Source of the DNA: Candidatus Omnitrophota bacterium
GTDB lineage: Bacteria > Omnitrophota > Gorgyraeia > Zapsychrales > Fredricksoniimonadaceae
NCBI GenBank assembly: GCA_002753465.1
Contig: PEAF01000004.1
Span: 474-64,473, forward strand
Direction: 5' to 3'
DNA: 64,000 bases
The number at the start of each line of letters is the position of its first letter. Positions within the stretch are counted from its first letter, which is position 1. This document shows positions 51,973 through 60,114 of this stretch, in pieces. The notes below the pieces were generated by a model, which was given only the letters and a program-made list of their open reading frames with translations, made no database searches and was not told the origin of the DNA. The translations under genes were made by a program, and so were the position numbers.

Positions 51973-53520
51973 ATGCCGAAAGCTTTAGAAATCAGGAAAG
52001 ATAAACAAGTTAGAGGTGGTCATATGAATAAAGCGACAGGATTGAATGGATGGGCTGGTCAGCGGATCAAGCCGGATCAGATAACGAAGTACATGGACCA
52101 GGGCCGTGATTTTATTAATGACGGCGATATTGAAGCTAAGCTCGCGGCGTTCTCGGGTGAGCCTGAACCGGCGCAGGTGCGCGCTATTCTGGCTAAATCT
52201 ATGGCCGTTAAGGACCTTTCGCTCGATGAGGTGGCGATCCTTATCAGGGTCAATGACAAGAAGATGCTTGAGGAAATGCGTCAGACCGCGTTGGCCCTCA
52301 AGATCAAGATCTATGACAATCGTATTGTGACCTTCGCGCCCTTTTATTTAGGTAATTATTGCGTGAACAGATGCGCGTATTGCGGGTTCAATAACGATAA
52401 TACGGCAGCGACACGCACAGTACTAGATACAGATGCTATCCGCCGGGAAATTGCGGTCCTCGCGGGAGAGATTGGGCACAAGCGCCTTATTGCGGTCTAT
52501 GGCGAGCATCCAAAGAATGATGTTGATTATGTGATCGAAAGCCTTAAAACGATCTATTCGGTCAAGGTCAAGACCAAGAACGGCACAGGAGCAATCCGAC
52601 GGGTCAATGTTAACGCACCTCCTTTTTCTATTGAGGACCTCAAGAAGATCAATGAGGCGGGCATCGGTACGTATCAGGTTTTTCAGGAGACCTATCATAA
52701 AGAGACCTATGCCAAGATGCATCCGGCAAATACGATCAAAGGCGATTATAACTGGCGCTTGTACAGCATGCATCGCGCCATGGAGGCGGGCATTGATGAT
52801 GTCGGTATCGGCGCGCTTTTTGGGCTTTATGACTGGCGTTTTGAACTGATGTCACTTGTTTGCCACACCCAGGCGCTTGAAAAGCGCATGGGCATTGGCG
52901 CGCATACGATCTCATTCCCGCGCGTGGTACCGGCGCTTAATTCCGTGATCACGCCAGACTGGCCGTATCTTGTTTCTGATGATGATTTTAAGAAGATCAT
53001 GATGATCATCCGTCTGGCCGTGCCTTACACCGGCATGATCGTGACGGCGCGCGAAAAGGCCGAGATACGTAACGAGGCTGTCTTGATGGGCATCACCCAG
53101 ATGGACGCATCATCGCGCATTGCTGTCGGTGGGTATTCTGATTGTGTGACCGCCCAGAAGGAGGACAAACAGCAGTTTATTTTGGGGGATACACGTTCTT
53201 TGGATGAACTTATCCGTGATCTGGCGCAGATGGGCTTTATCACATCTTTTTGCACCGCGGGCTATCGTTGCGGACGTACCGGCAAATGCATCATGGATCT
53301 TTTAAGAAGCGGCACCGAGGGGAAGTTCTGCAAGCTTAATGCCGTGCTCACATTTCAGGAATGGCTGGATGATTTTGCCACAGAGGACACACGACGCCTG
53401 GCGCAGCCGCTCATCGACCGTGAGGTCGCTGAGATCAAGGCCAAGAATCCGCAGACGCTGGATATCTTTATGAATTATTATGAGCGGGTGAAGAAGGGTG
53501 AGAGGGATCTTTATTTATAA
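51973..53520 (+). CDS. hydG: [FeFe]-hydrogenase maturation radical SAM tyrosine lyase
   Basis: CVNRCAYCGF (CX3CX2C) and a C-terminal Cys region FCTAGYRCGRTGKC..FC. Alternative ATG 52024 sits behind AGAGGTGG. Confidence 0.88.
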   Translation: MPKALEIRKDKQVRGGHMNKATGLNGWAGQRIKPDQITKYMDQGRDFINDGDIEAKLAAFSGEPEPAQVRAILAKSMAVKDLSLDEVAILIRVNDKKMLEEMRQTALALKIKIYDNRIVTFAPFYLGNYCVNRCAYCGFNNDNTAATRTVLDTDAIRREIAVLAGEIGHKRLIAVYGEHPKNDVDYVIESLKTIYSVKVKTKNGTGAIRRVNVNAPPFSIEDLKKINEAGIGTYQVFQETYHKETYAKMHPANTIKGDYNWRLYSMHRAMEAGIDDVGIGALFGLYDWRFELMSLVCHTQALEKRMGIGAHTISFPRVVPALNSVITPDWPYLVSDDDFKKIMMIIRLAVPYTGMIVTAREKAEIRNEAVLMGITQMDASSRIAVGGYSDCVTAQKEDKQQFILGDTRSLDELIRDLAQMGFITSFCTAGYRCGRTGKCIMDLLRSGTEGKFCKLNAVLTFQEWLDDFATEDTRRLAQPLIDREVAEIKAKNPQTLDIFMNYYERVKKGERDLYL

Positions 53521-53522
53521 CA

Positions 53523-53676
53523 ATCTCGACAAGCTTTGGCCCTCGTTCATGCCCTGTGGCTCAGACAGTCCTCGCGCATCCGTTTCTTCAGGATTTTGAG
53601 GGCGGAGGAAGAAAACGGATGGCTGTGGAACTCGCCCTTAGGGCATTGAACTTCGGGCCGCTTGTTGGCTGTGAAG
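53523..53676 (+). repeat. Structured intergenic repeat, copy 3
   Basis: ctcgacaagctttggccctcgttcatgccctgtggctcagacagtcctcgcgcatccgtttcttc...gaagaaaacggatggctgtggaactcgcccttagggcattgaacttcgggccgcttgttggc. Confidence 0.9.
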
Positions 53677-53727
53677 GATGTAAGGAGGCATGCTGATGGC
53701 GAACAATTGGCGTGGAGGAATGTGGTT

Positions 53728-54720
53728 ATGAATCGTGATGAGATCATTGAGAATCTGATGACAGACAGACCGGCGGCGCTGTTTGGCGAGGCGGACCGCG
53801 TGCGCCGTTTGCATGTGGGCAATGCCGTGCATCTGCGCGGGCTCATTGAATTCTCCAATGTCTGCGGACGTGATTGCATTTATTGTGGTATACGCCGTTC
53901 AAATCATGGTGTGGCCCGGTACAAGATGTCCACGGGCGAGATCTTTGACGCCGCAGCTTACGCGGTGGGCCTGGGGTTTAAAAGTTTGGTTCTTCAGTCG
54001 GGTGAGAGCGGTCAATATTCAACTGATGAGATGGTTGCGCTTATCGGCCGTATCAAGCAAGCGTTCGGTGTAGCGATCACGCTTTCCATGGGAGAGAAAA
54101 CGCGCGTGGAATATGCTGCGCTTAGGCAGGCTGGTGCTGACCGTTACCTTTTGCGCTTTGAAACATCCTGTGAGAAGCTTTTTATTAAGCTCAAACCAGA
54201 TTCAGTTTACGCCGATCGGATCCAATGCCTGAGCTGGCTGCGTGAGGTGGGGTTTCAGGTCGGGTCTGGCATTATGGTCGGGCTTCCCGGGCAGACTGAA
54301 GAGATGATCGCCGATGATATTCTTCTCATGCGTGAGCTTGATCTGGACATGGTGGGTTTTGGCCCTTTTATTCCTGACCCTAATACGCCGCTAAAAGGTG
54401 TCGGAGGCGGGTCACTGGGGCTTACGTTACGCACCTTGGCGCTTATCCGTATCGTGATGCGTAATGTGCACATCCCAGCTACCACGGCCATGGGAACGAT
54501 CGATCCTAATGGGCGCCAAAGAGCCCTCGAAGTGGGTGCGAATGTCTTGATGCCCAATGTTACCCCGACACGATACCGCGAAATGTACCAGCTCTATCCC
54601 AATAAGCCGGGGCTTAAGCAGGCGCCCAGTGATACGTTCGAGACCTTGCGCGCTTTGGTTCATTCGGTAGGGCGTACGGTCGCCACAGATCCCGGGCATA
54701 GCCTTAAACGGTCGGCGTAG
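53728..54720 (+). CDS. hydE: [FeFe]-hydrogenase maturation radical SAM enzyme
   Basis: HLRGLIEFSNVCGRDCIYCGIRR. GGAGGA 8 nt before ATG 53728. The track start, TTG 53662, lies inside the repeat. Confidence 0.88.
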   Translation: MNRDEIIENLMTDRPAALFGEADRVRRLHVGNAVHLRGLIEFSNVCGRDCIYCGIRRSNHGVARYKMSTGEIFDAAAYAVGLGFKSLVLQSGESGQYSTDEMVALIGRIKQAFGVAITLSMGEKTRVEYAALRQAGADRYLLRFETSCEKLFIKLKPDSVYADRIQCLSWLREVGFQVGSGIMVGLPGQTEEMIADDILLMRELDLDMVGFGPFIPDPNTPLKGVGGGSLGLTLRTLALIRIVMRNVHIPATTAMGTIDPNGRQRALEVGANVLMPNVTPTRYREMYQLYPNKPGLKQAPSDTFETLRALVHSVGRTVATDPGHSLKRSA

Positions 54721-54733
54721 TCATGTTTTGGCA

Positions 54734-54761
54734 TTGACAGGGCAGGACTTTCAGTTATATT
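54734..54761 (+). promoter_or_regulatory. Sigma70-type promoter candidate upstream of rex
   Basis: TTGACA-16 nt-TATATT. Confidence 0.45.
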
Positions 54762-54819
54762 AGAGAAACTTTTATCGAGAAGATTATATCGATACTTTTA
54801 TCTCTAACCCTGGTCCCCG

Positions 54820-55461
54820 GTGCTTTTCGTGTCTAAAGATCCCGTCGTATCTCGCTCCACATTGAAAAGATTGCCCCTGTACCTTCATTTGCTTGAGGCG
54901 CTTTTGGCTCAGGGCGTTGAGTGTGTTTCATCGACGCAGCTTGCCCGGGAGTTTAATTTTAATCCGACCCAGGTGCGCAAGGACCTTGAGGTGACCGGCG
55001 AAGTGGGTAAGGCGCGCGTCGGCTTTCGTGTGGCCGGCCTTGTGGTGCGTATCCGTGACTTTTTGGGATGGAACAGCACGCATGACGCTGTTTTGGTCGG
55101 TGTCGGCAATATGGGAAAAGCGCTTTTAGGGTATAAGGACTTCGAGAAGTACGGTCTCAACATAGTCGCTGCTTTCGACAAGGATGTGCGCAAGGTGGGG
55201 GCAACGACATTTGACCGTGAAGTTTTGCCGTTGGCACAATTGCCTAAATTTATCAAGCGCACTAAGGTCCATATCGGCATTTTAACCGTCCCGGCGCGTG
55301 AGGCACAGCCGGTGGTCGATCTTATGCTGGCTGCCGGTATTAAGGCCATATGGAACTTTGCGCCAGCCCCGCTGCGTATCCCTGCGGGTGTTATCCTTGA
55401 AAATGCCCGTTTGACCCAAAGCCTTGCCGTCCTAACAAGTCATCTTACCCATCAAAATTAA
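54820..55461 (+). CDS. rex: Redox-sensing transcriptional repressor Rex
   Basis: RSTLKRLPLYLHLLE..VSSTQLA..NPTQVRKDL winged helix, and the VLVGVGNMGKALLGY Rossmann motif. Confidence 0.85.
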   Translation: MLFVSKDPVVSRSTLKRLPLYLHLLEALLAQGVECVSSTQLAREFNFNPTQVRKDLEVTGEVGKARVGFRVAGLVVRIRDFLGWNSTHDAVLVGVGNMGKALLGYKDFEKYGLNIVAAFDKDVRKVGATTFDREVLPLAQLPKFIKRTKVHIGILTVPAREAQPVVDLMLAAGIKAIWNFAPAPLRIPAGVILENARLTQSLAVLTSHLTHQN

Positions 55462-55605
55462 CCGCCACAGGCAGAAAACCGTTGACATTTTTAGACCGCC
55501 AGGGCTAATATAGGCTCCTTCGGGAATGAAAACTATTTATTCTTTGAAAGTGATATTTTTTCCGTTGTCGACGATAAAAAAACCTCAAAATCACCGAAAA
55601 AGCGC

Positions 55606-55633
55606 TTGACAATTCATGCTGATGAGATACTAT
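55606..55633 (+). promoter_or_regulatory. Sigma70-type promoter candidate for the nrd operon
   Basis: TTGACA-16 nt-TACTAT. A second TTGACA-18 nt-TAATAT lies around 55481-55510. Confidence 0.4.
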
Positions 55634-55673
55634 ATCTAGTGCCTGACCGGAGCTCTAACAACTATAAGTTGTT
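55627..55673. promoter_or_regulatory. Tandem NrdR-box candidates
   Basis: Box 1 atACTATATCTAGTgc matches about 13/16 of the recalled acaCwAtATaTwgtgt consensus. Box 2 AACAACT-ata-AGTTGTT is a perfect 7-bp inverted repeat. Centres are 30.5 bp apart, overlapping the -10 element. Confidence 0.5.
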
Positions 55674-55725
55674 TTTTCCGGCAGGTTTTCGTCTTTTCTT
55701 ATTCTTTAACATTCTTTAACGTGCA

Positions 55726-56535
55726 GTGCGAATGGCTTTGATGCTCCAACCTCAATTCAAGTATATTTATGGCCCCGTTCATTCCTGGAGAATGGGGATG
55801 TCCTTAGGTCTGGATCCTATCTCAACGCATAAAAAAGTTTGTAGTTTTAATTGCACGTATTGTCAGCTCGGTTGTGCGGAGCAGGCAGATGCTATAGCAG
55901 GCCGCCAGGTTTTCGTGGCAACATCTGACCTTATTGAAGAGATCAAATTGCTTGAGTCTGAGGTCAGGATCGATTATTTGACGTTCTCCGGTAATGGTGA
56001 GCCAACGTTGGCGGCTAATTTAGGGGAGATGATCACTGCCGTGCGCAGCGTTCGTCCCGAGAAAGTCGCCGTCATAACCAACGGTACACTGTTAGGCCGT
56101 AAGGATGTTCAGGCTGATCTTAAGGGCGTCGATCTGGTGTTAGTGAAGCTTGAGGCGGCTGACGAGCGTGTTTTTCAAGCGCTTAATCGTCCGGCGGCAG
56201 GGATCACCTGGCGATCAACGCTAGACGGCATCAAGGCATTTAAAGGGACCTTTAAAGGACGTTTTGCGCTGCAGATCATGTTCGTTGAAGCGAATAAGGC
56301 GCAGGCCTCCAAGTTGGCCGCGCTGGCGCGTGAGATCGGCGCGGATGAGATCCAACTGAATACGCCGTTACGGCCTAATGCCGAAAAACCTTTGTCGTTG
56401 CTGGAAATGACAGCTATTAAAGATCAGTTCGCGGGCCTTAATGTCCGCATGGTCTATGAAGAGGAAAAGAAGGATTATCACCCGTTCGACGATCAGCAAA
56501 CGATCCGTCGGCATGGACAATATAAACAGGCATAG
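55726..56535 (+). CDS. Radical SAM protein (COG0731-like, YGPV..R.G.SLG family)
   Basis: YIYGPVHSWRMGMSLGLDP and CSFNCTYCQLG (CX3CX2C). Start uncertain (GTG 55726, ATG 55732 or ATG 55741). Confidence 0.7.
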   Translation: MRMALMLQPQFKYIYGPVHSWRMGMSLGLDPISTHKKVCSFNCTYCQLGCAEQADAIAGRQVFVATSDLIEEIKLLESEVRIDYLTFSGNGEPTLAANLGEMITAVRSVRPEKVAVITNGTLLGRKDVQADLKGVDLVLVKLEAADERVFQALNRPAAGITWRSTLDGIKAFKGTFKGRFALQIMFVEANKAQASKLAALAREIGADEIQLNTPLRPNAEKPLSLLEMTAIKDQFAGLNVRMVYEEEKKDYHPFDDQQTIRRHGQYKQA

Positions 56536-56564
56536 ATTTTATAAATACTAACAGGGAGAGAACA

Positions 56565-58694
56565 GTGTACACGACAGAATTATTCGACAAGGTCATCAAA
56601 AGGAACGGGGCGGAAGAAACCTTTGAACCGGTGAAGATCACCAAGGCGCTTCAAAAGGCGGGTGAGGTAACAGGTGAGTTCGGTGAAGATGTCGCGCAGA
56701 AACTGACCATCCGTGTGTTGAACCTGGCGCTTCAGCTCTATTCCAAGCGTTTGCCGACCGTCGAAGGCCTTCAGGATATCGTTGAAGAAGTTCTGATCAC
56801 ATCGCCGTATAAGAAGACAGCCAAAGCGTATATTATTTATCGTGATCAGCATTCCCGTATGCGTGAGATCGCGTCCATGTTCAACGTTGATCTTGTCGAG
56901 AAGTATCTTTCCCGCAAGGATTGGAAGGTCAACGAGAATTCCAATATGGCGTATTCCCTCCAGGGTTTGAACCATTATATCTCGTCGGAAATTTCCCAGG
57001 CATACTGGCTCAATAAGGTTTATCCTCTGGAAGTCCGCGAGGCGCACACCAATGGAGACCTTCATATCCATGACCTGGGCAGCATCAGCGTTTATTGCGT
57101 AGGGTGGGACCTTTATGATCTTTTGCTTCAGGGTTTTCAGGGTGCTTCAGGCAAGGCCGAATCACGCCCTGCCAAGCATTTCCGTTCAGCGTTGGGGCAG
57201 GTCGTGAATTTCTTCTATACGCTTCAGGGTGAGGCGGCGGGTGCGCAGGCATTTTCGAATTTCGATACGCTCTTGGCACCATTCATCCGTTATGACGGTC
57301 TGACTTATAAAGATGTGCGTCAGGCCCTGCAGGAGTTCCTGTTCAACGTTAACGTTCCGACGCGTGTCGGTTTTCAGACACCGTTCACGAATGTCACGCT
57401 GGATGTCCGTGTGCCCACGTATTATAAAGAAAAGGGTGTTCTCATCGGCGGTCAGATCCAGGATCAGGTTTACGGCGATTTCCAGAAGGAAATGGACATG
57501 TTCAACAAGGCCTTCCTCGAGGTTATGATCGAGGGTGATGCCAAGGGCCGTGTTTTTACGTTCCCGATCCCGACGTACAACATTACCAAGGATTTTGATT
57601 GGGATAATGTTGAATTGAACCCGCTGTGGGATATGGCCGGCAAATATGGCATTCCGTATTTTACCAACTACATCAATTCCGACATGAGCCCTGACGATGC
57701 ACGCAGCATGTGCTGCCGTCTGCGTATCGATAACCGTGAGCTTAGCTTGCGCGGCGGCGGTTTATTCGGCGCGGCCCCGTTGACAGGTTCGATCGGTGTT
57801 GTGACTATCAATATGCCGCGTTTAGGGTATGCCTGCAAGAATGAAGAAACATTCTTCGCCGAGCTTGAGCATCAGATGATCCTGGCCAAAGAAAGCCTTG
57901 AGATCAAGCGTAAAGGGCTTGAAGTACTGACGGATGATAATTTGTATCCTTACATGCAGTTCTATCTGCGTGATATGAAAAAGCGTTTCGGGAAATACTG
58001 GAAGAATCACTTCTCGACGATCGGTTTGGTCGGCATGAATGAGTGCTGTTTGAATTTCCTGGGGGAGAATATCACAACGCCCAAGGGCAAGAAGTTCGCG
58101 GAAGATACACTGGATTTCATGCGTAAAGTGCTCTTGAAGTTCCAGGAGGAAACAGGCAATAATTACAACCTTGAAGCCACACCGGCTGAAGGCGTTTCTT
58201 ACCGCCTGGCGCGCATGGACAAGGATATGTATCCTGAGCTCAAGCGTGACTGCCCGAATGAAACAGCGGGCGGTGAGCCGTTTTATTCCAACTCGACGCA
58301 TGTTCCGGTACATCACACGGATGATATTTTCCAGTTGTTCGATCATCAGGATTCATTGCAGACGCGTTATACCGGCGGTACGGTCATTCATGTATTTGTC
58401 GGCGAGCGCATCGAGAATACGGAATCGGTCAAGAATTTCGTCCGGACGGTGTGTGAAAAATACAGCCTGCCGTATTTCACGCTGTCACCGACATTCAGTG
58501 TCTGTCCGTCGTGCGGGTATATCACGGGAGAGCATAAGCACTGCACCAAGTGCGGCGCCGAGTGTGAGGTGTATTCGCGTATCGTTGGATATTTACGCCC
58601 TGTTAACCAGTGGAACAAGGGTAAGAAATCCGAATTCCTTCAGAGAAAGACCTTTAGCATATGCTCATCGGGGGCTTGCTCAAATTCTCTCTGA
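56565..58694 (+). CDS. nrdD: Anaerobic ribonucleoside-triphosphate reductase (class III)
   Basis: N-terminal ATP-cone VIKRNGAEETFEPVKITKAL. C-terminal zinc ribbon CPSCGY..CTKCG and glycyl-radical motif SRIVGYLRPV. Confidence 0.9.
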   Translation: MYTTELFDKVIKRNGAEETFEPVKITKALQKAGEVTGEFGEDVAQKLTIRVLNLALQLYSKRLPTVEGLQDIVEEVLITSPYKKTAKAYIIYRDQHSRMREIASMFNVDLVEKYLSRKDWKVNENSNMAYSLQGLNHYISSEISQAYWLNKVYPLEVREAHTNGDLHIHDLGSISVYCVGWDLYDLLLQGFQGASGKAESRPAKHFRSALGQVVNFFYTLQGEAAGAQAFSNFDTLLAPFIRYDGLTYKDVRQALQEFLFNVNVPTRVGFQTPFTNVTLDVRVPTYYKEKGVLIGGQIQDQVYGDFQKEMDMFNKAFLEVMIEGDAKGRVFTFPIPTYNITKDFDWDNVELNPLWDMAGKYGIPYFTNYINSDMSPDDARSMCCRLRIDNRELSLRGGGLFGAAPLTGSIGVVTINMPRLGYACKNEETFFAELEHQMILAKESLEIKRKGLEVLTDDNLYPYMQFYLRDMKKRFGKYWKNHFSTIGLVGMNECCLNFLGENITTPKGKKFAEDTLDFMRKVLLKFQEETGNNYNLEATPAEGVSYRLARMDKDMYPELKRDCPNETAGGEPFYSNSTHVPVHHTDDIFQLFDHQDSLQTRYTGGTVIHVFVGERIENTESVKNFVRTVCEKYSLPYFTLSPTFSVCPSCGYITGEHKHCTKCGAECEVYSRIVGYLRPVNQWNKGKKSEFLQRKTFSICSSGACSNSL

Positions 58695-59353
58695 TCGATT
58701 ATCCGGGCAAGGTGGCGGCGGTAATTTTCACCCAGGGGTGCAATTACCGCTGCCCCTTTTGCCATAATCCCGCGCTGGTCCTGCCGGAGTTGTTCACCGC
58801 ATCGATCGATGTCGCTGAGGTCATGGCGTTCCTGCACAAACGCCGGGGCCAGTTGCAGGGCATCGTCATTACCGGCGGAGAACCCACCCTTCACCCTGAC
58901 CTTAAAGAGTTCATCCGTACGATCAAACAGATGGGCTTCCTTGTCAAATTAGATACCAATGGTTCACGCCAGGATGTCCTTAAGGATATTCTGTCCGAAA
59001 AACTTGTCGACTACGTCGCCATGGATATCAAGTCATCGCTCGAAGGATATTGTAAGGCTTCCGGCGTGGCAGTCGACTTGGAGAGTGTTAAAGCATCTAT
59101 TGCTCTTATCAAAGCGTCGGGTGTAGACTATTCATTCAGGACCACGGCCGTTAGAAATTTTGTTTCACCGGAAGATCTGAAGGCCATTGGGGTCCTTTTG
59201 GATAATCCGTTGAGGTATAAACTTCAGCGCGGCAATTTGAGCGGTAAGGTTTTGGATCCCGGCATTCAGGATGGCCCGCATGATTTCTCTGACGATGAAT
59301 GGGCTGCGATGCAAAATGTCTATGCCGGCATTGAACGCAAATTGAAAGAATAA
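58661..59353 (+). CDS. nrdG: Anaerobic RNR activating radical SAM protein
   Basis: FSLIDYPGKVAAVIFTQGCNYRCPFCHNP. Overlaps the nrdD 3' end by 34 nt. Confidence 0.85.
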   Translation: MLIGGLLKFSLIDYPGKVAAVIFTQGCNYRCPFCHNPALVLPELFTASIDVAEVMAFLHKRRGQLQGIVITGGEPTLHPDLKEFIRTIKQMGFLVKLDTNGSRQDVLKDILSEKLVDYVAMDIKSSLEGYCKASGVAVDLESVKASIALIKASGVDYSFRTTAVRNFVSPEDLKAIGVLLDNPLRYKLQRGNLSGKVLDPGIQDGPHDFSDDEWAAMQNVYAGIERKLKE

Positions 59354-59366
59354 CCAAGGAGTTCTT

Positions 59367-59984
59367 ATGAAAGTATTGATCGTGCAGTATTTGCCTGGCG
59401 GGGAAAGTTCTAATACTAAAAAACTTTTAGATGCTGCCCTGGCTGTTCTCAAAAGCGGTAAAGCCGATATTGAAACACTCGATCTTGTGAAAGACCTTCC
59501 GGATTTCTTTACCCCTGAGCGTATTGGTGTTTATTATGAGCGTAATTACGGTGGCCAGCAGGTTTCAGTGCAGAAAATGGGGTATATGGCCAAGATGGAC
59601 CGTATGGCCGCGCAATTAAAAGCCGCTGATATGCTTATTCTTGCCGCACCGATGTACAATTTTTCTCAACCGGCAGCCGTAAAGGCATGGTTTGATTCAG
59701 TGATGCAAAAAGGCGTGACGTGGGACCTTAATCCTGGCGTTGGTTATGTGGGGTTGTTGAAGGGGAAAAAAGCGCTCTTTTTATCGACCAGCGGCGGGCA
59801 GTATGAGGCGGGTCACCCGTATGAGCATTGCATAAGCCTGACGAAGGTCCATTTGGGATTTATGGGATTTGAGACGGAAACTGTCACAGCGGGTGGGATC
59901 AATCAGTTCCCTGATAAGGCGGCAGGGGCGATCGCACAGGCTCAGGCCAAAATCAGGGATGTGCTTGGCAAATGGATCAATTGA
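59367..59984 (+). CDS. azoR: FMN-dependent NADH-azoreductase / flavodoxin-like quinone reductase
   Basis: MKVLIVQYLPGGESSNTKKL, AADMLILAAPMYNFSQPAAVKAWFD and GKKALFLSTSGG. Confidence 0.7.
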   Translation: MKVLIVQYLPGGESSNTKKLLDAALAVLKSGKADIETLDLVKDLPDFFTPERIGVYYERNYGGQQVSVQKMGYMAKMDRMAAQLKAADMLILAAPMYNFSQPAAVKAWFDSVMQKGVTWDLNPGVGYVGLLKGKKALFLSTSGGQYEAGHPYEHCISLTKVHLGFMGFETETVTAGGINQFPDKAAGAIAQAQAKIRDVLGKWIN

Positions 59985-60002
59985 ACCATAAGTAATTTGT
60001 AT

Positions 60003-60031
60003 TTGACATCAAAATAGGGCGGCAGTAAACT
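60003..60031 (+). promoter_or_regulatory. Sigma70-type promoter candidate
   Basis: TTGACA-17 nt-TAAACT. Confidence 0.4.
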
Positions 60032-60114
60032 AACGGCTAATGTTTGTTGATACTGGGATGTCCTTCACGGTTTCTTTGTGAATTCTAATAAAATGTTGGA
60101 AAGGAAAGTGTTCG

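Noticed and set aside
60064-60082. TTCAC-N9-GTGAA palindrome upstream of the Ala/Pro/Glu-rich protein gene
   Set aside because: The half-site polarity is the reverse of the Rex operator and the spacing does not fit CRP/FNR boxes. It is a single occurrence, left as an unassigned palindrome.
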